DNA of 63,099 bases, the filler included, from Basidiobolus ranarum (taxonomy: Eukaryota), in assembly GCA_040143965.1 (NCBI GenBank). It is 15 parts of 15 records of this genome, joined end to end, with 100 filler letters (N's around TTAATTAATTAA, not from the genome) between each part and the next. Parts side by side here need not be neighbours in the genome. Positions count along the whole stretch, not along the records: positions 50,607 to 54,706 come from JASJQH010002116.1; positions 54,807 to 58,904 come from JASJQH010002117.1; positions 59,005 to 63,099 come from JASJQH010002118.1; 12 more parts are not named here. The stretch is one strand, 5' to 3'. The translations under genes were made by a program, and so were the position numbers. Shown here piece after piece: positions 52,110-63,099 of this stretch; positions within the stretch are counted from its first letter, which is position 1, and every line of letters begins with the position of its first letter. The notes under the pieces are model-generated. The model was not told the DNA's origin. It ran no database searches and was given only the letters and a program-made list of their open reading frames with translations.

Positions 52110-54270
52110 AAACATGTATATTCTAAGCACACATCCCATGTATGCTTCATATATCTGAAAATCTACTTAACTGTTATATTATAAGCAGATCCTTAAATTC
52201 CAAGATATTGGCACACAACTTCTGCTAAGCATGTTTCCACAAAGATATATATAAACTTTCAATCATAGAGTGATGAGGGAAATTACAACATTCATTTAAC
52301 TTAAAGAGCATATAATTTGAGCAATTCTGAGTCAAGTTAATATTTGTCTACACTGTGATAGATACCACATTGCATTCTTACATTTTGAGCTTTTTGAGTA
52401 TATCTAGCATTTACTTGGTCTGGCTTAAAGCTATTGTTTTCACAGTTCTCTCTGTTGTAATTTGGATGCCAAGATTGTGTATTAATTCACCACAATCAAT
52501 CATCTCAAATTCAGCTTATAAGCTGGATTTGGTTTTCTTCAAAGTCTTCAAGCTACTGGTTGCTATACTAAGAGTATCTTGATATAAGGATAATAAAACT
52601 AGACTAGTCTTATCTATCTTGAGATATATATCATAGTAAGCATTATTCTTTTGTAATATAAGTGTTTGCAAACTTCTTCTATATTGCAATTCCAAGCTCT
52701 TAGGGATTGTGTTAGGCTGTGGAGCATTTTTTGGAGTGTGCAAGCTATTTTAAGATTTTCAAGGCCCACAAGTCCATGTGGCTGGTCTATATAAATTTCT
52801 CAGCAAGCTCACCATTCAAGTGGCTGTGTTTACACCCTCATGATGTTTAATAAAATGATATTTAACTTAAATTGCTATGGGCAATCAAATTGAACAAAAC
52901 TTTACTCCAAGTACAAATCTTTCTGTATAATCTATCTCTGGTTCCTGGGAATCATCTCTGGATACTAGTCTAGTCTTGTACATTTCCATATTGCCATCAG
53001 AGTTTTATTTACCTTTAAATGCCTATTGGCAGCCCATATATAGATCCCTCAGCAAGCTTGCCATTCAAGTGGCTGTTCTTACATCCTGGTCATGTTTAAT
53101 AAAATGATATTTGGCTGAAATTGCTAAAAGTAACCTAATTGAATAAAGCTTTACTCTAAGAACAAATCTTTCTGTAGGATCTATTCCTGGTACTTGGGAA
53201 TCATCTCAGGATACTAGCCTAGTCTTGCACCTTTCACATACCATTAGAGTTTTATTTACCTTTAAACACCCATTAGCAGCCTGTTGATTTTCTATCATCT
53301 GGTAAGTTGGTAAGAGTCTAAGTTTGATTACCAATCAAAGCCTGGTCCTCATCAGCATTTGCAGCTCTCAAACATTTAGCATAAGGGCCATTCAGGTCCT
53401 TTTTCACAGTTGAGGTTGTTCTGCCTGAGATATGAAGGCACAGGACCAATTTTGAATCCTTTTAATAGTACTTAGGGCTTTTTTCCAATCCTATTCAACC
53501 TCCAAGCTTGGAATAAAGATGCTACAGCTTCTGCCCTTATGTTGCAGACTTCAGTATCCTGCAAGTTGATTGATAGGTTCTAATGTATGTTATTTTCTCC
53601 ATTGTTTTGGTTTAGGAGAAAATTGATGTTTGTCATCATCTGATGTCATTGTGTGTTAATATTTTTATATCATCAACAAAACATCCCTGAACTTGATTTA
53701 CTATGAAACTTTGATATCATAGAGTCTGTTGGTCTTAGTTTGAGTACTATAACTTTGAAATATGCATATCTTGCTTTTGGATCAACTTTAGGCCATTTTT
53801 TGGTCATAATTTTTTACACAAGTAATGCATACAGAGATCCTCAAATGTTTTATATCAGGTTAAACTCCAAACCAAGCTTGATATGGTGTAGGGTCAACCA
53901 GAATTCTAGTATAACTGCAATTCAACAGCTAAGCAGCTGTAGAATCAGCTGCGTAACATTCTGGATAATTTATCTTAACTTAGAACTGGACGAGTTTAAA
54001 TATACCTGGTTTGAAGCAGTTTTGGCAATACTGAAATGTAATATTGGATTAGTTGAATTGCTAGAACTTACCAGTTATTTTTACACAAGTATGCAGCTTT
54101 TCTTTAACAGGAAAATTGGCATCATACAAAATCACAATATATTTCAGTTTTCTATATAAGAATGCTCAATCTTTCTTTGCTACCCAGCCTTAAATATGGC
54201 TAAATTTAGGTTATTTTCTTTAGGAACTGTTGTCACCTTCACTATACTGTCAGCTAAATCTCCACTTGTT
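52110..54270 (-). mobile_element. Heavily decayed Copia integrase-RT, with an internal duplication of about 250 bp (52798-53037 vs 53047-53283)
   Basis: Minus-strand YK.RLV..D..Q.P.IDY.E.F, TATLNGELAEEIYIDQPHG and D.VDLGEL..NLGIQI remnants. Confidence 0.75.
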
Positions 54271-55249
54271 AATGCCTCTAATTATGATACTAGCGAAGGT
54301 GGAAATCTCCGATATGAGATCCTTAATTTATGAATAGCTAATAAGCTTTTTAACATATAAGATATATACCCTAATGACAAGCGCCCCAAACTTGAAGACA
54401 GCCTCACTCATTTAATTGATGGTAATATCACTATCCCAGGACATAATCAAACACGGAAAGTTCTGTAAAATTGCAATTGTGCCAAGGTGATCAACACGTA
54501 CATGGGTGATAGTTAGATCAAGATCAACTGTTTTAACTCAACGTATGGAGCTATCTACCAGTATAGTGATCCTACGTGTAGGTTCTTAAGTGGTATCTAT
54601 TCTGGTGGCGTGATTGTATGGGCTAACGACACTCTTGGCTATGAGGTAAACTGTACCAACATGTTAATATGCCCAATATCAAAGGAGTTGCGAAGTGAGG
54701 CTGTAANNNNNNNNNNNNNNNNNNNNNNNNNNNNNNNNNNNNNNNNNNNNTTAATTAATTAANNNNNNNNNNNNNNNNNNNNNNNNNNNNNNNNNNNNNN
54801 NNNNNNTTTACTTACATCAGTAGTAGATGTATCTGCATAGTGATAGTTTCAGGACCCTAAACAAAGCTGTTATATGTAGAATTGAACTGAATATCCTACA
54901 ATAGAACTGAATATCCTGCATCTCCAATGGCTATAGTGCACACTGATTCATACCTGTCTATGCTAAGAGAATCAAATCCCTATCCCTACATTACTTTCAT
55001 TGTCGGATGAATAAAAACTCCATGAGTAGCAGGATATTATGCCTCTAATACGCAACCTAGTCGTTCCTAGACACAACAGGAGTCGAAAGTGCTCCTTGCG
55101 AATTTGAGGCGTGTTTTAATAATAATCATCATCACTGCTTCATCTATGAGATCATCTAACTCAGACACAATACTTACAAGTCATGCGACTTCGTGAATTG
55201 CATTATCACCCACTACTTTTCACAACCTATTTATATGTGTATATACAAG

Positions 55250-55790
55250 AGAGCTGCAGGAGTCTTGATCATAGATATAATTTCTAGTCACGATGAATAT
55301 CTTATTGATTAAATAAACTGCGATCTACGATGGATACCTTATATAGATAGACCACAATCTATTGTCACAATTGATGTCGTATTGATATACTAAAGAATCA
55401 CTTCAATCTGCATCCCTTCATCAAAACCCATGCTAAGGCCATTACCAAATGGAGGGCGCATCATAGTTGGGACTACACCTGCCACTTTCTTGACGACATC
55501 TTTTGTTATCTGCATCTCCCGTTTGGTTTGATCAACACTAAGCTTGTTTAGATCGGCATGGTTATTTGTGTGAGAAGCGATTTGATGGCCTTCATCTCGG
55601 TGGAATGCACAACTGATTTGCTTATTTGCATGTATTTTCCAAATGATCGTAACTCTGCATTCATTCCATGATTCAACTTGATATTCCTCACATAGCTCAG
55701 GAAAAGCCCAAATAACAGTCTTTGATAGTGTGAAGGTGACTTCACTACGCTTGGTGATATTCATCACAGTTGGTGAATCAGTATTAAGTA
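55250..55790 (-). pseudogene. Polysaccharide/chitin deacetylase (NodB domain) pseudogene
   Basis: EGHQIASHTNNHADL and PTMMRPPFG motifs present. The TFDDGP motif is not intact. Confidence 0.7.
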
Positions 55791-56099
55791 CAACCAATTT
55801 TTTCACTAAGAATATCCATTTTTGGCTATATTTCGAAATGCTATATTTTATCAAACGGAAATTTTGGATATTATGAGTTTGCTATAACACTGTACCTTTC
55901 ATAGCACTATCATTTGCTAGCACTAATCAAATCTCTCAGAAGCGATCCCAATGGATGTGGCCTGGCCAAATGATCAGAATTTCTATAGATTCCATTTTTC
56001 CATATTTACTATTATTCCATATTCTTATTAATAGCTAAAAGATGCTGCTTGTTAGGAATTCTTGAGTTTGAAGTAATTTTCTCCAACAAAACTTACAGA

Positions 56100-57050
56100 A
56101 TGTATGTTGTCAAAGAAATTGTCTCAAGCAATGATAAAATTGTGTGAAATTGTTCTGTTCTCTTTTAATTGGAATAGCTCACAGTCTTCATCGATAAGCT
56201 CCTGGAATTGGTCATTGACTAGTGTATCTTGACGGAAGTAAACATTTCAAATCCATCAGCATAACCGATCAAATCAGTGTAGGTACTAATGATAGGCCAC
56301 CAGTTGGAGTTCCATTTCATTAGATTTCCAACACCAATCCAGGCAATGAAGACACAGGTGGAAATGAACGCACTGACTCCAGAACCAACATTATCTGCGT
56401 AGTGGTTGATAGCTCCCATGTCATAGCCCCCCTTAAGGGTTGAAATCTTAGGACGAAGTAGAGACGCTAACTCATAATCTGCCTCTTTAACTGAGGCGAG
56501 GCACTTGTCAAAATACTCCGTATGAATCCGTCGGGTATGTTGGAGAAACATGGAGCAGAAGGTGAGCTGAATAGCAGAGGCGGTGTTAATATAGAGTTAC
56601 CACATGTTACTCCCTTGAAGTGGAGCACCTGTATCAACCCATACGAATATACCAATCCAGTAGAAGACGACATAATAGATTGAACCAACGAGAAGAGAAA
56701 CCCAATTACAGAGTTTGTGGAACCAGTTTTCCAAAGGCAATTCTACAGCGTCGCCCACCTTAGCCTCAGCCATTTAACGATCTTTATTTACCTCTAATTC
56801 GTTGATCTTCTTTGCAATCTTGGGATTGCGTAGCAGTCGCATGTATGTAAGATTTCCAGAACGCAACTGGGCAAGGGTGGCTAACGACTTATTGAACTGG
56901 ATATGCTGTTGACAGATTAAGAATGAGTCCGAGATATATCAATGGATAGAACCACCATCAGAAAATGCAATCTGCTAATTAGCTGGAGCTCCTAGAACAA
57001 TACCCGGTATAGCCCATCCAGAAATCCTAATATATAGGTATCACAGTTAG
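56100..57050 (-). pseudogene. FET4: Low-affinity iron permease Fet4-like pseudogene, cut by a Copia insertion
   Basis: W*LYINTASAIQLTFCSMFLQ and WWPIISTYTDLIGYADGF, with several in-frame stops. An LTR starts at 57064. Confidence 0.8.
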
Positions 57051-58400
57051 AGAGGGCATATTATGTTGAAATTACCATTGCCTAAGCACCTATATAGTTA
57101 TATATAGCTTAGTATTTCTTTATCTTATATTTCACTATGATATTACCCATTATTTTCAATTGGAATTTACTTACCATATTGACAACAACTTAGAAGTTCT
57201 TAGATATATATATTTTTTGAAGAATTCCCAAACTTTGCACACAGGTTTCTGGGACCTTCCTTAACACTTCCTACACGTTAGTTTGTTTGCATCTTGACAA
57301 AAGTATAAATGTCAACTTTCAACTCAATAAACCTACAACTTAAAGCCACCAATTTCTCTAATTCTCCAAACCATTTCCTACAGGCTACCAAATACTTTAT
57401 CTGGCTATGAGCCCCAAGCTTGCACTCTCTGCAATGTCTACATCCCAAACTTCTGGAACTTCTTCCTTGTCTGAAAATTTGGGTGGAACCAGTTATCAAG
57501 TGGTGAAAGTGAAAATGTTGCTGCAAGAAAAAGGACTTTGGGATACCATTGTAAGAGAAGAAGACAAAGCAAAGCTCTCTGAGACCAAAGTTTTACTCCA
57601 GGCTAAAAAAAAACAAAATGCCTTGAACACAATATATCTTGATGTTAAAGACACATTGCAAATTCAATATTCAAGAGCCAAAGCTGCCAAGAAAGTATGG
57701 AGAGCCTTGAAAGATTCCTACCAAACGTGTTCTGCTGCCAATAAGATGTTTCTAAGAAGACAACTTTTTCAGTAAAAGACAAAGCCAGGAGAATGTATTA
57801 AATCACTGAGAAATCTGACACTATTTTAGTGGACGGAATGGAATTCATTGGAGGACTTACTACTGATCAGGACATCATAGTTATAGTCCTGAACAGCCTG
57901 CCACATAAATTTCAGAGCCCAGTGATGGATCTACAATCTAGAATTGATGATTTGTCTTTAAAATATGTATTTGGCAGATGTCTGGATAAAGATATATATG
58001 TGGCTTTTCAACACAAACAAGGAAGGACGTGCTTTAATAGGCAATGGGAAACATTTTTACAAAGATCAAAAATATTTTAAGCAGAAAAGTAACACATTCT
58101 ATCATTACTTTAAATGAACTGGCCTTTTATGCAAAGATTGCTCCCAAGAAATGCAATAGAAGAAGCACATGCTGAATCTGGAAATGTGATTATAACACAA
58201 GATCACTTGTTCATATTGGCTTTATCTATCACTATCAACAAGGACTCTGCAATATGGTTTATTGATTCTGGGGCCTCCCAACATTGCACAAATTGAAAAT
58301 ATTGGTCTTTTGATTATGAAAAAATCCCAATTAGAAACATTTTCAAGCAAGATGACCATGCACTGGATGTCATTGGAAAGGGAGCAATTCAATTCACTTC

Positions 58401-58682
58401 TATTGAAATTATTTAGGGAGAAATATTGGTCTGGCCAGGATTTGAACCTGGGATCTCCTTCACTCTAGCAAGGTGCTCTAACTACTGAGTTACCAGTCCT
58501 TGTATGCTATGCCTATATTGCTAGGGAACTTTAACCTAGTCTGTCTATGTATGGTACTTTGGCATTTCATCTATATAAGCAACTGATTGGCCTTAGACTT
58601 TGTGTTCAGATGCAGTCACCATACTCCATATTTTCCTCTTTGGGAGTTACTGCTTGTACCACAAGTCACCAGACTTTCAACA
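58401..58682. mobile_element. 282-bp LTR-like element containing a tRNA-like sequence, 5-bp TSD
   Basis: Ends TATTGAAA...TTTCAACA with flanks ACTTC / ACTTT. Excision restores the Copia frame GAIQFTLTGISEEKVYTFKDV. Confidence 0.88.
58427..58499 (-). ncRNA. tRNA-like sequence inside the element (copy 1)
   Basis: 73 nt, GGACTGGTAACTCAGTAGTTAGAGC..CCAGGTTCAAATCCTGGCCAGACCA. Confidence 0.75.
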
Positions 58683-58732
58683 ACTTTGACTGGTATATCT
58701 GAAGAGAAAGTATATACTTTTAAGGATGTAAC

Positions 58733-58904
58733 TATTGAAATTATTTAGGGAGAAATATTGATCTGGCCAGGATTTGAACCTGGGGCCTCCCTGACTCTAG
58801 CAAGGTGCTCTAACCACTGAGCTACCAGTCCTTGTATGCTATGCCTATATTGCTAGGGAACCTTAACCTAGTCTGTCAATGTATGGTACTTTGGCATTTC
58901 AGCT
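58733..58904. mobile_element. Second copy of the tRNA-bearing element (cut by contig end)
   Basis: Highly similar to 58401-58572 with the same TATTGAAA start. Confidence 0.88.
58759..58831 (-). ncRNA. tRNA-like cloverleaf inside the element (copy 2), anticodon position AGA
   Basis: GGACTGG TA GCTC AGTGGTTA GAGC A CCTTG CTAGAGT CAGGG AGGCC CCAGG TTCAAAT CCTGG CCAGATC A. A-box and B-box are both present. Confidence 0.8.
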
Positions 58905-59074
58905 NNNNNNNNNNNNNNNNNNNNNNNNNNNNNNNNNNNNNNNNNNNNTTAATTAATTAANNNNNNNNNNNNNNNNNNNNNNNNNNNNNNNNNNNNNNNN
59001 NNNNATCCCCCATACCCCCTGCTTTCTTTTTATACTGGGAGGACTACGTCCCCCAGACCCCCTCTTTTCATCCT

Positions 59075-59701
59075 TACCCTCCCTTACCAGAACATCTATA
59101 CCCTAACTATTCCAAGCTTGATAGATTCATTGGCTACTGCCTCAGGCAGCTGACGCCTGACTTGCCTGAGACTCCCTATGATCATGCTCTGAATGGAACT
59201 TTTGGATTCTTCCCATATCATATCAGAGTAATGCTACTGAGGGCCAGATTTTTACACCAACTAAATGACTACAGCAATCCACTGGTCAAGAAGTGGCTAG
59301 CTATATCATCTTCAAATCCACTATCATGATGAAATCTGATAGAAGATCACCCTCTTGTTTCTGAATTAGCTTTACAACTACATGAAACAAAACAGCCCAA
59401 AATTATTGCTATAGACTTCCAGCTAGACCTTTGGAAGCAATACCTTGCCTCCAAGACACCAGGTTTTTGTCCTATTGTCCATTTGGTTTGTACTGAGTAT
59501 CTTCCTTTCTGCTTAGCACCTGTGCCCCTTAACTCTCTATTTACATCCTCAGAACTGGATTACATTGGTCATCAAGTTAAGTATGGATATGATCCTATTT
59601 TGTTACAATATCTTAGAAGATTGATGTCATGATTGTCACTTTGTTTAGATTAGTATATAAGCTAAATAAAGTCCACACCACCTGGTGCTTTTCATCCCCC
59701 T
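59075..59701 (+). mobile_element. Non-LTR retrotransposon (LINE-like) 3' end
   Basis: Frame of about 185 codons with two internal stops, KLDRFIGYCLRQL..TP..FGFFPYHIRVMLLRARFLHQL (RT-thumb-like). AATAAA lies about 30 nt before a terminus shared with 8245. Confidence 0.55.
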
Positions 59702-62441
59702 GACCCTGACCATACAATTCCAGATCCCCTTTTCTATCATAGCCAGATTTGCCATAGAATTAACTACATATACTAACTTAGCTAACACAGAAATATTTCT
59801 GCCTGATTCTTACAGACCTCTAGCATATATGCTTACATTACCAGTTAGCTCTACAAGACTGTCAAGTTAGAATAACCTATATTAGAACGATACGTCTCAG
59901 AGTATAGACTTAACAGTATGATGGAGAGCTTTCACATGGCCTCATGGTTTAGATATTAACCCACTTGGTAGACTTGTTTGCTGCTCAAGCTAAAAGAAAT
60001 GTACTGTTTTCCGGTTCATCAGCGAGCTTATTGATCAGGCAATTAAAGACAATCAAGTGCTGCATAAAACAGCACTCCATATCGCAACTGCCTGAAATTG
60101 AAATGACCTGTGTTCAGAATTGACTCCTAGTATCAGCTCTCTTCCCATCAAGGTTATTCGCCCTCTATGCTTCGCGGCTTCTAGCAGAAAATATAGCAAT
60201 AGCTACCACCGAGTCAAATATACTTCATTGGTACGATTCCATTTTCCAAACTTAAATGGTTACATGTTGTCTGCTCCTCATGTCACAGCTGGTGAAGAAA
60301 ATACGAAGCTCGTATTTCAGAGCATTTGTCCTGGTATTATGCGCGGTACAGAATTCATCGAACAAGAGGTTGTACTAATGCGTGACCTAACCCTAAATTG
60401 ATGTTCTACCAGTCACAAGTTGAACCAGCGACAATCCGATAATAGTCACAAGGCTTCTAATCATAGGGATTAATTGTGTTTAGAGGGTGCATGCAGAGAT
60501 TTTACGTTCACTTTTACAGGTGTAGATTGCTGATCACATCAATAAGTATAGCACGTATATTTCAACGGTCAGCACTAACAATAGATTCACACGCTTGCTT
60601 AGGTATTGTATGATCAATTATATATATTTGTATATCAATCCTCTAATCGTAGATATGTTCAGGTAGACTCAATCGTCCGAAGTGCTAGCCTTTGCTCGTG
60701 ACTGTTGTGTATTGAGCGCGTGAATTAGTCATAAACACTAACTCAGGTATTGAACTTACAGAATGAATGGCTTCTATGATATATCTAAGTAATATTAATA
60801 AATACTACTAAAATGGCTGCAGTAACTGAAAGTTTATGAACGTAGCACCAATTAACCGAACCGTATTTGAGGATTAAGATTAATATCGGGAAATTAGCAT
60901 GCTCAATTAATGAGAAACCTATGTTATGGCAAGTTAAGGTATACAATATTTAAATGTGACTAGACCCATTTCAGAGCACTGAGCTTTTAATTTGACTGTA
61001 TTTGGGGCAACAACTTCTCTCAGTTCTCGCTACTTGTAGCATATTTTGTTATGACATCTGCTTTGCTGATTATTTTTGGAAGCTCTCTCTTAGCACAAAA
61101 TATTGTCACACTAAGCATGTAGTTCAACTAATTATGCTTTGGCATGCATTTCTTAGGTTTAGGATACAAATAGCATGTTAAACAGCTGCTTACGGTAAAC
61201 GAGATGTCTATGTACCATAGATCACTGAACAGGCCTGGCTTTGATACACATCTCTGTCATTATTGAAGAAACCAAGCATTAAGTTTGATCTATCTTCACA
61301 TGAAGAAACTGTTAGAGCTATTCTTGTGAACAAGCCCTGTTTTGATGCTTCTATATATGTTTACTAAAGAGACTGAATAAGCCTCCTACAACTTTAAACT
61401 TAGTCTCACCATTACTATGATCATGCTATAAATTCGAAGTATTTAGTAGGAAAAGCTATCTGATGTATTTTCCTCTATGGATAGATTGCTCGCCATCTCA
61501 GCTTTATAAATATGAAGTATGTAATATTTGCAATATGGTTAACTACAATGAATACCAAGTAGGTAACATCACCAAAAGTAGTGGAATCACAATCATAATT
61601 CCAAACACTTTTACTTGATCTTGAATTACGCTGTGTCATAAACATCAAATTAAATCATGCAAAGAATGGAGAGAGATGGCCATAGAAAATGCTTGAAGAA
61701 TAGTGAATTGGTTCTGAGCAATAAAGTATAATTCTAAAAAATGGGACCTTTTTGCTCAAGACTGTTTGCCATCCCTTTAGAACTAGTCTCTTCCTTGACA
61801 CCTTTCTTACTATATACTGTATCAGATTTTTAACTTGGCATTGATATGACGATATGATAAATATATTAATTCGTTAAGATTTATGCGCACTTAATAAAAT
61901 GTAAGCAAACAGATATTACTAGAATCCATCGAGGTAAGACGAAGGTATGCTGAACTGATGAGTAATTAGAATATATTCCGAACTTGGGGCATACAAAAAT
62001 AAGCGCTGTGAGCGATACTGGGGAAGTGTTATGCCTTTCTCCAATAAGCCTCTCCAATCCGTAAAGATCTATCTCAGCCGTCGCAGTGTCTGATTTTCCA
62101 CCATATGCATGTATTAATATATGATACAGAGTGCACAGCAATAAAATCCATTGTACACCAACAAACAACCTCAAATCTCGAATGCAACTGAGCAAGCACT
62201 GCCGTGGAAACTCCTCCAATCATATCTCCAGTGCACTTCGGTACTACCCTATGGACGCACCAAACAGAGGGCAATAGAAATTCCTGAGTGATACAACCAG
62301 ATTCCTTGGTAAAGAAGGCATGTGCTACCAGGCAGGTATTTGCCAAGATATTAACATATACCTCAAACCTCTCTATGAATACGAGCAGCACAATTCATTA
62401 TCCTTCATTATTCCAGAGCGGTGAAGAGTCTTTTGGAAGGC

Positions 62442-63099
62442 ATGTCGACAAACCTGGCGAGACGAAAACCTATTGTTAAAAAGGAATGTGAGGTCAGTCA
62501 GAAGGAAGGTTTCTACCAATTTAGCTCTCTGAACCCTAAAACCACTCGCTTTGAATTTGCGGGTCCATGGGGGGCCACGGCCTTACTAATAGCCATGCCT
62601 CTATTAACACTACATTTTATGTTTGAATGCGATGGTATTCACTCATGTTCATTCTTTCCGGAAACTGCTCATTGGTCATTTAAAGGCATATTTGATCTCG
62701 AAGCTACTATCGCTTACTTTGGATGGGTATTATATTTAGTTGGTTTATTTTATATTTTACCAGGAAAGTGGGTAGAAGGAACTACGTTACGGAATGGAAA
62801 GAAGCTTGAATACAAACTTAATGGTAACCATATGAAGCGTCCTGTCTGTTGGCCAAATTCACTCACTTTCTTTACTTACAACATACGATGACTTAGGCTT
62901 AGCGACGTTCTATACTACTGTAGGATTGTGCGCTATAGTGACTCTAATCTTTGGGCATCAGCCATTTCTCTTTATCCCTAGACATCTTACCGGGATTGCC
63001 AGTACATCGATAATGTTTTCGTTCGCTGTGGGACTTCTACTCTATGCCAAATCATTTTTTGGAGCGGGAAGTCTACTAGCACTACCAGGTAACTCTGGG
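62442..63099 (+). CDS. ERG24: C-14 sterol reductase (3' truncated)
   Basis: LNPKTTRFEFAGPWGA and LPGKWVEGTTLRNGKKLEYKLNG, intron 62824-62896, exon 2 ending LALPGNSG. Confidence 0.9.

Larger units (their letters stand above)
57064..58732 (+). mobile_element. Copia-A 5' LTR (57064-57402), PBS (57403-57415), gag, protease
   Basis: PBS GGCTATGAGCCCC, gag KMLLQEKGLWD..AKKVWRALK and protease WFIDSGASQHC. Confidence 0.92.

Noticed and set aside
58401-58904. The two tRNA-bearing units as paired LTRs of one TRIM with a 50-bp interior
   Set aside because: The spacer is in-frame Copia protease sequence with no PBS or PPT, and copy 1 has its own TSD.
59140-59172. Hammerhead ribozyme at hairpin CTCAGGCA..TGCCTGAG
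   Set aside because: The CUGANGA/GAAA core is absent and the hairpin lies within a coding-like frame.
61880-62441. Extra 5' exons giving ERG24 a lamin-B-receptor-like N-terminal extension
   Set aside because: Splice-like signals are present, but I could not build a stop-free in-frame exon chain.
1-63099. A multi-gene cluster (NRPS + ABC transporter + GST + iron permease + chitin genes)
   Set aside because: These genes lie on different size-sorted contigs joined by artificial linkers, so their adjacency is an artefact.

Overview
This window is not one locus. It is 15 unlinked contigs of about 4.1 kb (4127 down to 4095 bp, sorted by length), joined by identical artificial 100-bp linkers (44 N + TTAATTAATTAA + 44 N). 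Gene neighbourhoods across linkers therefore mean nothing. The DNA is eukaryotic and fungal: short GT-AG introns, ERG24, RPN12, ADP1-type ABCG and FET4. The gene mix suggests an early-diverging fungus, possibly Basidiobolus-like (inference only). More than half of the window is decayed, strongly CpG-depleted, nested transposons. These include two Ty1/Copia families (LTR-A and LTR-B, about 348 bp) with a primer site matching the tRNA-iMet anticodon loop, a CACTA-superfamily element ending in CCCTAAC, an IS5/Harbinger-like transposase and a LINE 3' end. The most unusual object is a 282-bp LTR-like element carrying a complete antisense tRNA-like cloverleaf, inserted twice into one Copia protease region. 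Host genes partly or wholly missed by the ORF track include a secreted hevein-domain protein, two mucin-like secreted proteins, a processed RPL28/uL15 pseudogene and an intron-rich MAPEG pseudogene beside an intronless intact paralog. All alignments and translations were done by eye, and no database searches were run.
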